From a virus: DNA of 64,000 bases. A program made the position numbers and the translations under genes. Location of the stretch: positions 1 to 64,000 of the IMG/VR virus record IMGVR_UViG_3300024264_000015. One strand, given 5' to 3'. This document shows, piece by piece, positions 27,147 to 37,758 of this stretch; position 1 is the stretch's first letter, and each line of letters begins with the position of its first letter. The notes below the pieces were generated by a model. It was not told the origin of the DNA. It saw only the letters and a program-made list of their open reading frames with translations, and made no database searches.

Positions 27147-29400
27147 TGTAGCACTAATAGAAACAACAATGTCCAGCACGAACTGGAATAAATACTTTGA
27201 GTTTGAATTCGATAGGTTTGCCCTGTGTTCAGATAGTTCAAAGAAGAAAATTTTGAAAAGAGATGTTGATATCGAAATCGATATTGATGCGTACGAATGG
27301 CTCATAGTTGTGGGTTCCGAACCTTTCAAAATGTTTACAAAAAAGACATCAATAACTGAGTACAATGGAAAAGTTGTTGATTCTAAGTTTTTGGCAATAA
27401 TCAATCCCGCAATGATAAAGTTCAGACCAGAAGCAAAGAAGTCGTTCGAGGAAGCCGTTGAGAGCATAACGGGATATGTTAGCGGAGAACTACAACAAAT
27501 GACCATACCAAAAGATAAATGTTATGGCATACAAGACACAGAAGAATTAAACGCTTGGTTACAGAAAGCACTAGATGCACCAGGCGATTTTATTGCACTT
27601 GACTCAGAGACTTCAGCACTATATTGTCGTGATGGCTATATGCTAGGATTCTCTATGTCATATGAACCTGAGCATGGTATCTATGGAGACTGTGATTGCA
27701 TGGATGAAGAATCAGAAAGACTCATGCAGGAAATATTCAACAAGAAAAGAGTCGTCTTTCATAATGCAAAGTTTGACTTACAATGGTTTGAGTATCATTT
27801 CAACTTTGAGTTTCCACAGTTTGAAGACACTATGCTTATGCACTATATGTTTGATGAAAGACCAGGCACACATGGCTTGAAGACACTAGCAATCAAGCAT
27901 ACTCCATATGGAGACTATGAAGCAGAACTCTCAAACTGGATTGCAGACTTCAAGAAAAGAACAGGTATACTCAAAGATTCATTTGATTATAGTATGGTTC
28001 CCTTTGATGTTATGCAGAACTATGCTGGTATGGACGCTATTGTAACGTACTTACTATTTGAAAAGTTTGAAAAAGCATTGAAAACAAATGACAAACTATA
28101 TGGAGTATACAAAAGAATATTAATAGAAGGTTGTAGATTTCTAAAATGTATTGAGAGCAATGGTGTTCCATTCGACAAGACTCGTCTAGAATTTGGACAG
28201 AAGCGTATGGGCGAAGACATTGACACAGCAGTTCAAGCTTTGAATGAGTTTCCTGAAGTAAAAAGATTTATTGCAGATAATCAAGGATTCAATCCAAATA
28301 GTACACTACAACTTAGAACTTTATTGTTTGATTATTGTGGACTTAAATCTGACAAGAAAACCGCAACGGGTGCACTCAGCACAGATGCTGAAGTACTTGG
28401 TAATCTTGCAGAAGAACATGGAGTACCAAAACATATTCTTGAAGTTCGTCAAAAAGTTAAAATTAAGAATACATATCTTGATAAAATTATACCAAACCTA
28501 GATAGAGATGGTAGACTTCGTACAGGTTTCAATCTTCATGGTACAACCAGTGGTAGATTGAGTAGTAGTGGTAAACTGAATATGCAACAGCTTCCAAGAG
28601 ATAATCCCACCGTAAAAGGTTGTATCAAAGCAAAAGCTGGAAACAAAATAGTTGCGATGGACTTAACAACAGCAGAGGTATACTGTGCGGCTGTACTTGC
28701 AGATGACAAAGGACTTATGAATGTATTTAAGTCTGGTGGTAATTTTCATAGTACGATTGCGAAACAAGTATTCAGACTGCCAGGGGATGTTGACGACATA
28801 GCAACAAACTTTGGTGCACAAAGACAACAAGCAAAAGCTGTTACCTTTGGTATCATGTATGGAGCGGGACCGAAAAAGATTAGTGAACAAGTAACAAAGG
28901 ATAGTGGAGAATACTTCAGTATGCAAGACGCAGCAAATACTATCAAAGATTATTTCGAGGCGTTCCCTAAACTTCGTGAATGGCTAGACAACCAAAAGAA
29001 ATTTATTCAAGCGAATGGATTTGTTTACAGTAGGTTTGGCAGAAAGAGAAGATTACCTGATGTCCATTCACAGGACAAAGGAATCGCCTCACATGAAGTG
29101 CGTAGTGGAATCAACTTCTTAGTACAATCTGTTGCATCTGATATTAACCTTATGGGCGGTATCGATATGCAGAGATATATAGAAAAGACAGGTATGAAAG
29201 CGAAGATATTTGCACTTGTTCACGATTCCGTACTAGCAGAAGTGCCTGAAGATGAGATAGAACATTATTCAGAAAAGCTTCAAGAGTTTATACAAAAAGA
29301 TAGAGGATTATCAATCCCAGGCGCTCCAGTTGGATGTGACTTTGATGTTGCAGACGACTATTCATTAGGAAAGTTTGAGAAATTATATGGCATTTCATGA
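27139..29400 (+). CDS. family A DNA polymerase (T5-type)
   Basis: DSET exo I, HNAKFD, TTSGRLSS, RQQAKAVTFGIMYG, VHDS. Confidence 0.95.
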   Translation: MANVALIETTMSSTNWNKYFEFEFDRFALCSDSSKKKILKRDVDIEIDIDAYEWLIVVGSEPFKMFTKKTSITEYNGKVVDSKFLAIINPAMIKFRPEAKKSFEEAVESITGYVSGELQQMTIPKDKCYGIQDTEELNAWLQKALDAPGDFIALDSETSALYCRDGYMLGFSMSYEPEHGIYGDCDCMDEESERLMQEIFNKKRVVFHNAKFDLQWFEYHFNFEFPQFEDTMLMHYMFDERPGTHGLKTLAIKHTPYGDYEAELSNWIADFKKRTGILKDSFDYSMVPFDVMQNYAGMDAIVTYLLFEKFEKALKTNDKLYGVYKRILIEGCRFLKCIESNGVPFDKTRLEFGQKRMGEDIDTAVQALNEFPEVKRFIADNQGFNPNSTLQLRTLLFDYCGLKSDKKTATGALSTDAEVLGNLAEEHGVPKHILEVRQKVKIKNTYLDKIIPNLDRDGRLRTGFNLHGTTSGRLSSSGKLNMQQLPRDNPTVKGCIKAKAGNKIVAMDLTTAEVYCAAVLADDKGLMNVFKSGGNFHSTIAKQVFRLPGDVDDIATNFGAQRQQAKAVTFGIMYGAGPKKISEQVTKDSGEYFSMQDAANTIKDYFEAFPKLREWLDNQKKFIQANGFVYSRFGRKRRLPDVHSQDKGIASHEVRSGINFLVQSVASDINLMGGIDMQRYIEKTGMKAKIFALVHDSVLAEVPEDEIEHYSEKLQEFIQKDRGLSIPGAPVGCDFDVADDYSLGKFEKLYGIS

Positions 29401-29863
29401 GATAAATTGGTATTGTGATACTGACTATATGAAAGATGTATGGGAAAAGTGTGGTCGTAAACAAACGACTCTAAAAGACCCAAACATAAGTGAGTTTATG
29501 CAACCTCTTTTAACAGTATTTGATAATGCGCTTAAAGAGAAAAAATATAAATTAGGAATAATGCAAATAGTAAATGACAAAACAACTGTGTCGGGCCCTA
29601 ACTGGAAATCAGTATATGTTTGGGGTTTTGACCCTTTTCATGTAAGTATAAATGGATGGAAAGTACATTCCGCAATATGTGATGTAACTAAACCTATAGA
29701 TATTGTCGGGCCTCACTTAGCAGTATACACAAATTTAAAGTTTGAAGCATTAAAGTTAGGGTATGATAAATATTGGGGTAAAAGTCAAGTTCAAAGAAAA
29801 GTAGTAACAACACAAGAGGTTTTTGGTGGCAATGTACGTACAGACAACATTGACGTTATGTAA
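29387..29863 (+). CDS. hypothetical protein
   Basis: Coupled ORF. Confidence 0.65.
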   Translation: MAFHEINWYCDTDYMKDVWEKCGRKQTTLKDPNISEFMQPLLTVFDNALKEKKYKLGIMQIVNDKTTVSGPNWKSVYVWGFDPFHVSINGWKVHSAICDVTKPIDIVGPHLAVYTNLKFEALKLGYDKYWGKSQVQRKVVTTQEVFGGNVRTDNIDVM

Positions 29864-30320
29864 GTTTCCTATGTATGTTCTTTCAGAAGAACCAGAACTA
29901 GTAGATGGTTTAGTATGGATTAATGACGAAGTAGTAGATGATAGAAATATGTTAGGAAAAACTATAGGACATAGAAGGCTACAAACACCAATGAAAAGTT
30001 TATATCCTTTACATAGACAAATAAACGAACCTAGTAATGTATATAAACATAGAGGGAAGCATTTTATAGATACCGAAGGTACATATTATTATAAAGAGTT
30101 AAAACCAATAGGAACAATAAAATATCATAAGATAGCTTCTATAAAAGAAAAACAAGGTATTAGAACCATAAGATGTCGTGACTTGGCTATAACATTAAAG
30201 ACACTTACTCCGCAACCAACTAATGCAAAATGGTGCGGAGTTTTGTATGTAAAAAATATGCCTTGGACTTTATGGGAATATAGCGAAACTAAAAAGAAAA
30301 ACAGAAAAAGAAACGTATGA
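29823..30320 (+). CDS. conserved T5-like hypothetical protein
   Basis: VDDRNMLGKTIGHRRL; follows pol as in T5-like phages; start uncertain. Confidence 0.65.
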   Translation: MVAMYVQTTLTLCKFPMYVLSEEPELVDGLVWINDEVVDDRNMLGKTIGHRRLQTPMKSLYPLHRQINEPSNVYKHRGKHFIDTEGTYYYKELKPIGTIKYHKIASIKEKQGIRTIRCRDLAITLKTLTPQPTNAKWCGVLYVKNMPWTLWEYSETKKKNRKRNV

Positions 30321-30928
30321 TACATTTAAATATACATAACTTTGTCAATCCTTATGAAGTACAAAGACTAGAAGAAGTCATTGAAAGAGACGAAGACCAA
30401 ATATTAGGTATACCAAATGATAATATACATAGATTTTATCCTGCACTTACAAGTCAGTATCATGTATATAACTGGTTACAAAATGATGCAGTTGCTTCAT
30501 TAGACTTACCTGATAGATTTTTTAATATGAAAGCACTAGAATCTTATAATGAATTGTATATTCAATGTTGGTGTAACATAGTAAGAGAAGGGGAAAAATT
30601 AAGTAAACATGTTCATGCAGGAATGAAAAGTCACAATAAATTTTATGCCGCAAACTTATTTATATCAGGAAATACAAAACCAGGTACTTGGTATGAAGGA
30701 ATAGGTACAGTAGAAAATACACCAGGTACATTAACATTTTTTGATTGTAGATTCCCTCACGCAGTTCCTGTGAATAAAACAAAAACACACAGAATCAGTA
30801 TGGCATTTGATATTTGGTACGAAAAACCACCAGGATATGAAGAGCCTCGTTGGCTTACATTTAAAAGAGAAGAATTAATAACTGACCCTATGGGTCGATG
30901 CTGGCCCGATTGGCCACCTGGAGAATAA
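30317..30928 (+). CDS. 2OG-Fe(II) oxygenase-like protein
   Basis: WCNI..HVH..PHAV..RISMAFD. Confidence 0.75.
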   Translation: MIHLNIHNFVNPYEVQRLEEVIERDEDQILGIPNDNIHRFYPALTSQYHVYNWLQNDAVASLDLPDRFFNMKALESYNELYIQCWCNIVREGEKLSKHVHAGMKSHNKFYAANLFISGNTKPGTWYEGIGTVENTPGTLTFFDCRFPHAVPVNKTKTHRISMAFDIWYEKPPGYEEPRWLTFKREELITDPMGRCWPDWPPGE

Positions 30929-30929
30929 T

Positions 30930-31178
30930 ATGGTAGACATTGAAAAATTAAAAAAGAAATTAGAGAGTAGTATAGTTTTGATAACTTTTGAATCTCTAAA
31001 AAGTGGAGAAATATACAATAGAGAGTACACTCTTTCTAAAAACTATTTACCTTTACCTAATCATATATCTAGACAGTCTGGAGATAGACTTATAGTATGG
31101 GATGTAGAGTTTCAGAAATGGGAAGACTTACTCCTTACGACAATACTAGAATGGAAAACCATGGTGGACATTGACTAA
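30930..31178 (+). CDS. hypothetical protein (WYL/SH3-like)
   Basis: VWDVEFQKWED. Confidence 0.6.
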   Translation: MVDIEKLKKKLESSIVLITFESLKSGEIYNREYTLSKNYLPLPNHISRQSGDRLIVWDVEFQKWEDLLLTTILEWKTMVDID

Positions 31179-32692
31179 TGTGCGGATTCGTAGTATCAAA
31201 TAAATCAGGTGTAGTTAGAGAAGCACTTATCAGACAAAGGCATCGAGGCCCTGACGCGGTTTCTATGTGGAAAGGTCAAGGATTAGAAATGGGACATGTT
31301 TTGCTAGATATAAATGGTAGTAAAACAATACAGCCTTACACAACAAAGAAAGGAAATGTATTAGTATTCAATGGCGAAATGTATAACTGTCCAATAGAGA
31401 ATGATACTGCTTGGCTAGGAGAAGGTATGGATAGATATGGCATACGTTTCTTAGAGTATAATAATTGGCATGGCGCAGTTGCATATCTAAATATAGAGAA
31501 GAACGAACTACTAGTAACAAGAGACCACTTTGGTGCTAAGCCTCTATGGTTTCAAATGCTATCTCCAACAGAGTGGATGTTTAGTACAAGTTTAAGAAGT
31601 ATGGTACATAAAAAAGTTGATGAAAAACACAAACCTTCTTTCTTGTTTAATCCTATATGGCAGGGAACAAGTTGTCCGTACCAAAATACTTGGAAAGTAG
31701 CACCTGGTCAGACCTTTAAGTTTGACTTAAATAATCCAGGAGAAAGAGTACATAAAAATTTATGGGATTATTATAGAATAGAATCTAGAAGATTTAAAAA
31801 GGAAAGAGTTAGAGAAAAATTAATAACAAGTATACAATCTATTGCTAAGAATAAACAAAAAACAGGAATATTTTTAAGTGGCGGACTAGATAGTACGTTT
31901 GCTTTGGCAGCTGTAAAAGATATGGGATTAGACCTTACAGCTTATATATTGGCATATGATGAAAAGAAAGGGTCTATACAAGACCATAATACTTTTAGAA
32001 ATGAATCTAAGATGGCGATACAGACTTGCAAAGAATGGAATATACCATATAAAGTTGCAACTCTACATGAAGAAAATGTAGAGCATTATGGTAAGATGTG
32101 GATGAATTATACTCACTTTCCTTGGACTGATAGACTAAGACAAGCACCTAGATTTTTATTAGCAAAGACTGCTTCTGAAGATGGGTGTAAGGTCATACTT
32201 ACAGGAGATAGTGCAGACGAGTTATTCACAGGATATTATCATCACGACAAAAGATTTGAAGAAGGGTACGATGATGAGACAGTAAAAAGAGCAGAAAAGA
32301 TGAACTGGACTCCGAATAAAATATGGCATAAAACAGACCACTGGAATAATGGTTTATTTTATGATTTATTAGTAACATCAGAACAAAACGTACTTGCAGC
32401 TGACCAGACCTGTGGTATGTTTGGTATGGAGTCAAGACCTGTATTTTTACAACAAGATTTTGTAAGATGGATATTTGAGCAAGATGGAGAAATTAAGTTC
32501 AAAACACACCCCGATTATCCTAAAGGAACATATAAGTATATTTTAAGAGATTTACTAGGTGATATGTTGCCTGAGCATGTACGAAACAGAAAACAAAAAA
32601 CAGGGTGGTCAAGTCCTTGGAACAATAATATAAAAAAATTACAACAAAAATGGAGGAATCAAGATTGGGAAACACTGAAAAGTTATCAATAG
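31178..32692 (+). CDS. asparagine-synthetase-like glutamine amidotransferase
   Basis: Cys2, HRGPD, FNGEMYN, RDHFGAKPL, LSGGLDS, TGDSADELF. Confidence 0.9.
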   Translation: MCGFVVSNKSGVVREALIRQRHRGPDAVSMWKGQGLEMGHVLLDINGSKTIQPYTTKKGNVLVFNGEMYNCPIENDTAWLGEGMDRYGIRFLEYNNWHGAVAYLNIEKNELLVTRDHFGAKPLWFQMLSPTEWMFSTSLRSMVHKKVDEKHKPSFLFNPIWQGTSCPYQNTWKVAPGQTFKFDLNNPGERVHKNLWDYYRIESRRFKKERVREKLITSIQSIAKNKQKTGIFLSGGLDSTFALAAVKDMGLDLTAYILAYDEKKGSIQDHNTFRNESKMAIQTCKEWNIPYKVATLHEENVEHYGKMWMNYTHFPWTDRLRQAPRFLLAKTASEDGCKVILTGDSADELFTGYYHHDKRFEEGYDDETVKRAEKMNWTPNKIWHKTDHWNNGLFYDLLVTSEQNVLAADQTCGMFGMESRPVFLQQDFVRWIFEQDGEIKFKTHPDYPKGTYKYILRDLLGDMLPEHVRNRKQKTGWSSPWNNNIKKLQQKWRNQDWETLKSYQ

Positions 32693-33081
32693 GATTTACT
32701 TGTGGAGCCTTTGACTTACTTCATGCAGGGCATATAGTAATGCTCAAAGAAGCAAAAGAAAACTGCGACTATTTAATAGTAGGATTACAGACAGACCCTA
32801 GTCTAGATAGACAAGAAAAGAATATACCTGTTCAATCTGTATTTGAAAGATATATACAACTACGAGCAGTGAAGTACATAGACGAAATTATTCCATATGA
32901 TACAGAACAAAGTCTACTAGACTTACTAGAGGCTACAGAAATACATCTTCGATTTGTCGGAGAGGATTATGTCGACAGACATTTTACAGGCAAAGGACTG
33001 CATGAGATTTTTTACACAAGTAGACAGCACTCTTTTTCTAGTACGAATTTGAGAAATAAGATACATGAAAGCAGTTCTTAG
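32650..33081 (+). CDS. TagD-like cytidylyltransferase
   Basis: GAFDLLHAGH, VGLQTD, SST. Confidence 0.88.
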   Translation: MEESRLGNTEKLSIGFTCGAFDLLHAGHIVMLKEAKENCDYLIVGLQTDPSLDRQEKNIPVQSVFERYIQLRAVKYIDEIIPYDTEQSLLDLLEATEIHLRFVGEDYVDRHFTGKGLHEIFYTSRQHSFSSTNLRNKIHESSS

Positions 33082-34345
33082 TAACAGAATATATTTAGAA
33101 GTAAATAAAGAAACACATAATTCTATCGAGAAGGAACTTACTTATACAATTCCTGCTCGTATGCCTCAAGACCCTCCTTTAGTATTTAAAACAATTAGAT
33201 ACATAAAAGAAGGTTTAATCTCCATACCTATTGGAAGAGTGGATTTAATACCAGATGATTACGAAGTAATCGATAAGCGTGTTACCTCACCAACAGAACA
33301 TGCAGATTTTAAGTTTGATTTACGACCTTCCCAAAAAGCGGTTCATGACGAGATAGATGACAATGCTATAGTAAACGCATGGGTAAGTTGGGGCAAGACA
33401 TTTACAGGTTTAGCTATCGCAGCGAAGCTTGGTCAGAAAACATTAGTTGTTACCCACACAACTAACTTAAGAAATCAGTGGGAAAAAGAGGTAGAAAAAT
33501 GCTTTGGAATTAAACCAGGCAGAATAGGTAGTGGAGACTTTAACACTAATGCTCCTATAGTTATTGGGAATATTCAGAGTTTATACCGAAAAATGACTGA
33601 CATTAAAAAGATATTCGGGACAGTTATTTTAGATGAAATGCACCACGTCAGCAGTCCAACTTTTACACGAATTGTAGATGAAATGCCTGCTCGTTATAAG
33701 ATAGGCCTCACAGGAACACTAGAACGAAAAGATGGGCGTCATGTGGTGTTTAGAGATTACTTTGGGCACAATGTATTTAAACCGCCTAAAGAGAACTATT
33801 TAATACCAAAGATTCATATTGTAAAGTCAGATGTAATATTTCTTGATGGGGCGTATACTCCATGGGCAGAACGTATAAATCATCTAGCGTACAATGAAGA
33901 ATATGTACATAGCGTAGCTCTGATTGCATCAAAGTATGCAGCACTAGGGCACAAAGTATTAGTAGTATCAGATAGAGTTGCATTTCTAAAAGCCTGTGCA
34001 AGATTGTGCGGGGATAATGCAGTATCAATCACTGGAGATATGGATTTTGAAGAAAGAGAAAATACTATGCAACTAATAAAAGAAGATAAAAATATTTTAT
34101 TTGGAACACAGTCAATCTTTTCTGAAGGCATATCTTTGAATGATTTGAGTTGCCTAGTACTAGGTACTCCAGTCAATAATGACCCCCTTCTTACACAGTT
34201 AATTGGTAGGGTTATAAGAGATAAAGAAGGAAAACAACAACCAGTAGTGGTTGATATACATTTAAAAGGAAAAACAGCAGCTCGACAAGCAAATGCTAGA
34301 ATGGGCTACTATATAAAACAAGATTACGAGGTAAAAATATTATGA
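33065..34345 (+). CDS. D10: SF2 helicase (T5 D10)
   Basis: WGKT, DEMHH, GLTGT, QLIGRVIR. Confidence 0.9.
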   Translation: MKAVLSNRIYLEVNKETHNSIEKELTYTIPARMPQDPPLVFKTIRYIKEGLISIPIGRVDLIPDDYEVIDKRVTSPTEHADFKFDLRPSQKAVHDEIDDNAIVNAWVSWGKTFTGLAIAAKLGQKTLVVTHTTNLRNQWEKEVEKCFGIKPGRIGSGDFNTNAPIVIGNIQSLYRKMTDIKKIFGTVILDEMHHVSSPTFTRIVDEMPARYKIGLTGTLERKDGRHVVFRDYFGHNVFKPPKENYLIPKIHIVKSDVIFLDGAYTPWAERINHLAYNEEYVHSVALIASKYAALGHKVLVVSDRVAFLKACARLCGDNAVSITGDMDFEERENTMQLIKEDKNILFGTQSIFSEGISLNDLSCLVLGTPVNNDPLLTQLIGRVIRDKEGKQQPVVVDIHLKGKTAARQANARMGYYIKQDYEVKIL

Positions 34346-35238
34346 GTGTAGAAGTACAACTTAACTTAGAAAAAATGAGGCAGATGAAGATATTTCTTGC
34401 AACTCCAATGTATGGAGGTATGTGTCATGGTCTATACACAAAATCTTTAATGGACACAACAAATGTAGCAATGCAGTACGGAATACCTATTCAGATTTAT
34501 TATTTGTTTAATGAATCTTTAATTACTAGAGCAAGGAATTATTGTGTAGCAAACTTTTTAAAATCAGATGCTACGCATTTACTTTTTATAGATAGCGATA
34601 TACATTGGAGCGCAATGGACTTGATGTATATGTTACATATTGTAACAGAAAAACCAGAACTATATAGAATTATGTGTGCATTATATCCTAAGAAAACTAT
34701 TGCTTGGGAGAAAGTATTGAAAGCAGCAAAGTCAGGAGAGTATGATGAAAAACCATGGGAACTAGAAAGATTAGGAGGGGATATGGTATTTAATCCGTTA
34801 CCTGATGAGTACCCTGATGGAAGAGCACCTATCAATGAACCAGTAAAAATTAAAGAAGGTGCTACTGGATTTATGTTAATAGAAAGAAGTGTTTTTGAAG
34901 AGTATGCAGAAGCTCACCCCGAGTTACTATATACTCCTGACCATTTAAGAGAAGGAGAGTTTGCTTTAAATGAGAAGATTCATGCTTTCTTTGATTGTAT
35001 TATAAATGACCAAAACAGGTATCTATCGGAAGACTACATGTTCTCCGAGTATTGTAGAAATCTAGGTATGGACATATGGGCATTACCTATGATAGAGCTA
35101 ATGCATTGTGGTAGTTACGTATTTAAAGGTAGCATAGCAAGAATGGCGCAAGCCGATGTTCATGCTACAGTTGACGAGGAAACTATAATAAAAATGCAAA
35201 AGGCTAAAGCTGAAAAAGCTCAGAAAAATAGTTCTTGA
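34342..35238 (+). CDS. GT-A fold glycosyltransferase-like protein
   Basis: ATPMYGG, ESLITRARN, FIDSDI, TGFMLI, SEDYMF. Confidence 0.7.
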   Translation: MSVEVQLNLEKMRQMKIFLATPMYGGMCHGLYTKSLMDTTNVAMQYGIPIQIYYLFNESLITRARNYCVANFLKSDATHLLFIDSDIHWSAMDLMYMLHIVTEKPELYRIMCALYPKKTIAWEKVLKAAKSGEYDEKPWELERLGGDMVFNPLPDEYPDGRAPINEPVKIKEGATGFMLIERSVFEEYAEAHPELLYTPDHLREGEFALNEKIHAFFDCIINDQNRYLSEDYMFSEYCRNLGMDIWALPMIELMHCGSYVFKGSIARMAQADVHATVDEETIIKMQKAKAEKAQKNSS

Positions 35239-35263
35239 CACGCGCTTAAAAATTTGTTATAAT
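35225..35263 (+). promoter_or_regulatory. sigma70 promoter
   Basis: aaaatagttcTTGACA(35235-35240)-17-TATAAT(35258-35263). Confidence 0.88.
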
Positions 35264-35656
35264 ATGTTACTATTTAATTGGAATAAGATAATAAGAGTAA
35301 GCAACGGAAATGTTGATGATATGATTCAGATACTTAGAATCATTACTTACAAGATTCAACCAAAAAATTATTACGATAAAACATTTAAGTTTTATAAGCA
35401 TAAATTCGGAGGCTCTAGCTTCATCCTAAACCCAAAGGATTTGCTAGAACGAGGAAGGGCATTGAGTGATAGAGAGGTTGTGGAGTATGCAGGTGTCGCA
35501 TCATTCCGCAACTATTACGACTATGTCCGCACAAAAGACACCACACTAGACCTCTTTGACTGTGAAGTTAGTGAGGAAATTATAAATAATAACAGACTGC
35601 TTGAGTTAAAAGATGGAAGGGTACACTTTTTATTCGAGGAGACAATGGAGAAATAA
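35264..35656 (+). CDS. conserved T5-like hypothetical protein
   Basis: MLLFNWNKI..GSSFILNP..ASFRNY; precedes D11. Confidence 0.7.
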   Translation: MLLFNWNKIIRVSNGNVDDMIQILRIITYKIQPKNYYDKTFKFYKHKFGGSSFILNPKDLLERGRALSDREVVEYAGVASFRNYYDYVRTKDTTLDLFDCEVSEEIINNNRLLELKDGRVHFLFEETMEK

Positions 35657-35657
35657 A

Positions 35658-36290
35658 ATGGCAATTGGATTCAACCAAACCAAGGGCTCAGCCCAAAAAA
35701 ACAAAATAGAAACATATAACTACGCAGGTAGAGAAGACCACCACGTAAGACTGGTAGGAGACTTACTTCCTAGATATGTGTACTGGATTAAAGGAGAAAA
35801 TGGCAAAAACATTCCTATGGAGTGCTTATCTTTTGACAGAAACTCTGAAACATTCAACAATGTAGAACATGACCATGTTCGAGACTTTTACCCTGATTTA
35901 AAATGTGGATGGTCTTATGCCGTTCAGTGCATAGACTACGCTGATAAATCTGTAAAAGTTCTTAATTTAAAAAGAAAGTTGTTCGACCAAGTTATAGTAG
36001 CTATGGAAGAGTTGGGTGACCCAACAGACCCAGTTACTGGTTATGACATTCATTTCAAAAGAAAGAAAACTGGTCCGCAGGTATTTAATGTCGAGTATCA
36101 ATTACAAGTTCTAAAGTGTAAACCAAGAGAACTTGAAGATTGGGAAAAAGAATTAACTTCAGGACTTAAGTCTATGGACGAAATTCTTGTTAGACCAACA
36201 GCAGACGCTCAGTTAGAACTACTAAGAAGAGTTAACGATTCTGGTAGTGAAACACCTAGCGAAGTATCAGAGGAGTTTGACGTATCATGA
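35658..36290 (+). CDS. D11: T5 D11-like (putative ssDNA-binding) protein
   Basis: RLVGDLLPRYVYW..GDPTDPVTGYD..KTGP; acidic tail; synteny. Confidence 0.8.
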   Translation: MAIGFNQTKGSAQKNKIETYNYAGREDHHVRLVGDLLPRYVYWIKGENGKNIPMECLSFDRNSETFNNVEHDHVRDFYPDLKCGWSYAVQCIDYADKSVKVLNLKRKLFDQVIVAMEELGDPTDPVTGYDIHFKRKKTGPQVFNVEYQLQVLKCKPRELEDWEKELTSGLKSMDEILVRPTADAQLELLRRVNDSGSETPSEVSEEFDVS

Positions 36291-36808
36291 TTGGAGTAGG
36301 AGAGAAGTTCCCTGCCTTTACACTGCAGGGTGTAGACAAAGATAATAACTTTGTACAAGTATCTGTCACAGAACAGTACGAACCTTTGAAAAAAGATTAC
36401 ACAGTTATATACTTCTATCCAAAAGACTTTACTTTTATATGTCCAACAGAAATTGCTGGAATGGATATATTAGTAGAAGAAGCTAATGTTATTGGTATTA
36501 GTGGTGATAATGAGTTTTGTAAATTAGCTTGGAAACAAGACAATGAACTTATAGGAAATATACAACATTCCTTAGCGGCAGATTGCGGCTTAGGACTATC
36601 TTCTAAACTAGGAATAGTTCACGAAGAAGTAGGAGTATGTTTTAGAGCTACTTATATTATAGACAGAAATGATATAATACAACATGTAAGTGTTAACGCA
36701 CTTGACACAGGCAGAAATGCTCATGAAGTTCTTAGAACTTTACAAGGCATTAAAGCAGGTGGATTAACAGGGTGTGAATGGACACCTGGGGATGAACTAT
36801 TAGGATGA
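36287..36808 (+). CDS. ahpC: 2-Cys peroxiredoxin
   Basis: FYPKDFTFICPTE, GRNAHEVLR. Confidence 0.9.
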   Translation: MIGVGEKFPAFTLQGVDKDNNFVQVSVTEQYEPLKKDYTVIYFYPKDFTFICPTEIAGMDILVEEANVIGISGDNEFCKLAWKQDNELIGNIQHSLAADCGLGLSSKLGIVHEEVGVCFRATYIIDRNDIIQHVSVNALDTGRNAHEVLRTLQGIKAGGLTGCEWTPGDELLG

Positions 36809-37758
36809 TTTTATTTACAGCAGATTGGCATATTAAATTAGGACAAAAGAACGTACCAGTAGCGTGGGCTTGCTCTCGTTATCAAATGTTCTTTGAACAA
36901 GTGCAGGAAGCTGTAGATAATCATGAAGTTAATCTTCACATCATAGGCGGGGACTTGTTTGACCGAGTCCCTTCTATGGATGAGCTTACTTTGTACTTTG
37001 ATTTTGTAAAAAGAACAAAAGTAAGAACAATTATCTATGATGGCAACCATGAAGCCACTAGAAAAAATAAAACTTTCTTTGATAATTTAAAGAGAGTAAC
37101 AAATGAATTAAATCCTCTAGTAAAAGTTATAACAGAAACTTACTATGAGGATGATTGGGCAATCTTACCTTATGCAGACTTGCATAAAAAGAAAAGTATA
37201 GAAATGATAGATGCAGACTATTTATTTACTCATGTAAGAGGTGAGATACCTCCTCATGTTATGCCCGAAGTAGAACTAGAAAGATTTGATAAGTTTAAGG
37301 AAGTGTACGCAGGAGATTTACATGCTCACGAGAATACTCAACGAAACATTGTATATCCTGGCAGTCCAATGACAACATCATTTCATAGAAATATTGTAAA
37401 AACTGGGTACTTAATAATAGACGATAACTGGGATTGGACATGGTATGAATTTGATTTACCACAACTAATTCGTAAGACTATCGAAGACCCAGCGGATATG
37501 GAACAAACTGACTTTCACCATACTATTTATGAAGTCACAGGAGATGTACAAGATTTAGCAAAAGTTAAAAACTCAGACCTTCTTGACAAAAAAGTAGTAC
37601 GTAGAGAAGTTGATGCTAGATTAGATTTGAGCGGAGATTTAACTATGTCAGAAGAGCTTATAAAATATTTACAAGAAATATTATCGCTTGATGATGAAAA
37701 AGTTAGACAAATTATAGGAGTGTTTAATGATTATTCTTCAGAAGCTGAAGTGGGATAA
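36805..37758 (+). CDS. D12: SbcD/Mre11-like nuclease (T5 D12)
   Basis: ADWH, GGDLFD, GNHE, GDLH, YPGSP. Confidence 0.9.
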   Translation: MILFTADWHIKLGQKNVPVAWACSRYQMFFEQVQEAVDNHEVNLHIIGGDLFDRVPSMDELTLYFDFVKRTKVRTIIYDGNHEATRKNKTFFDNLKRVTNELNPLVKVITETYYEDDWAILPYADLHKKKSIEMIDADYLFTHVRGEIPPHVMPEVELERFDKFKEVYAGDLHAHENTQRNIVYPGSPMTTSFHRNIVKTGYLIIDDNWDWTWYEFDLPQLIRKTIEDPADMEQTDFHHTIYEVTGDVQDLAKVKNSDLLDKKVVRREVDARLDLSGDLTMSEELIKYLQEILSLDDEKVRQIIGVFNDYSSEAEVG

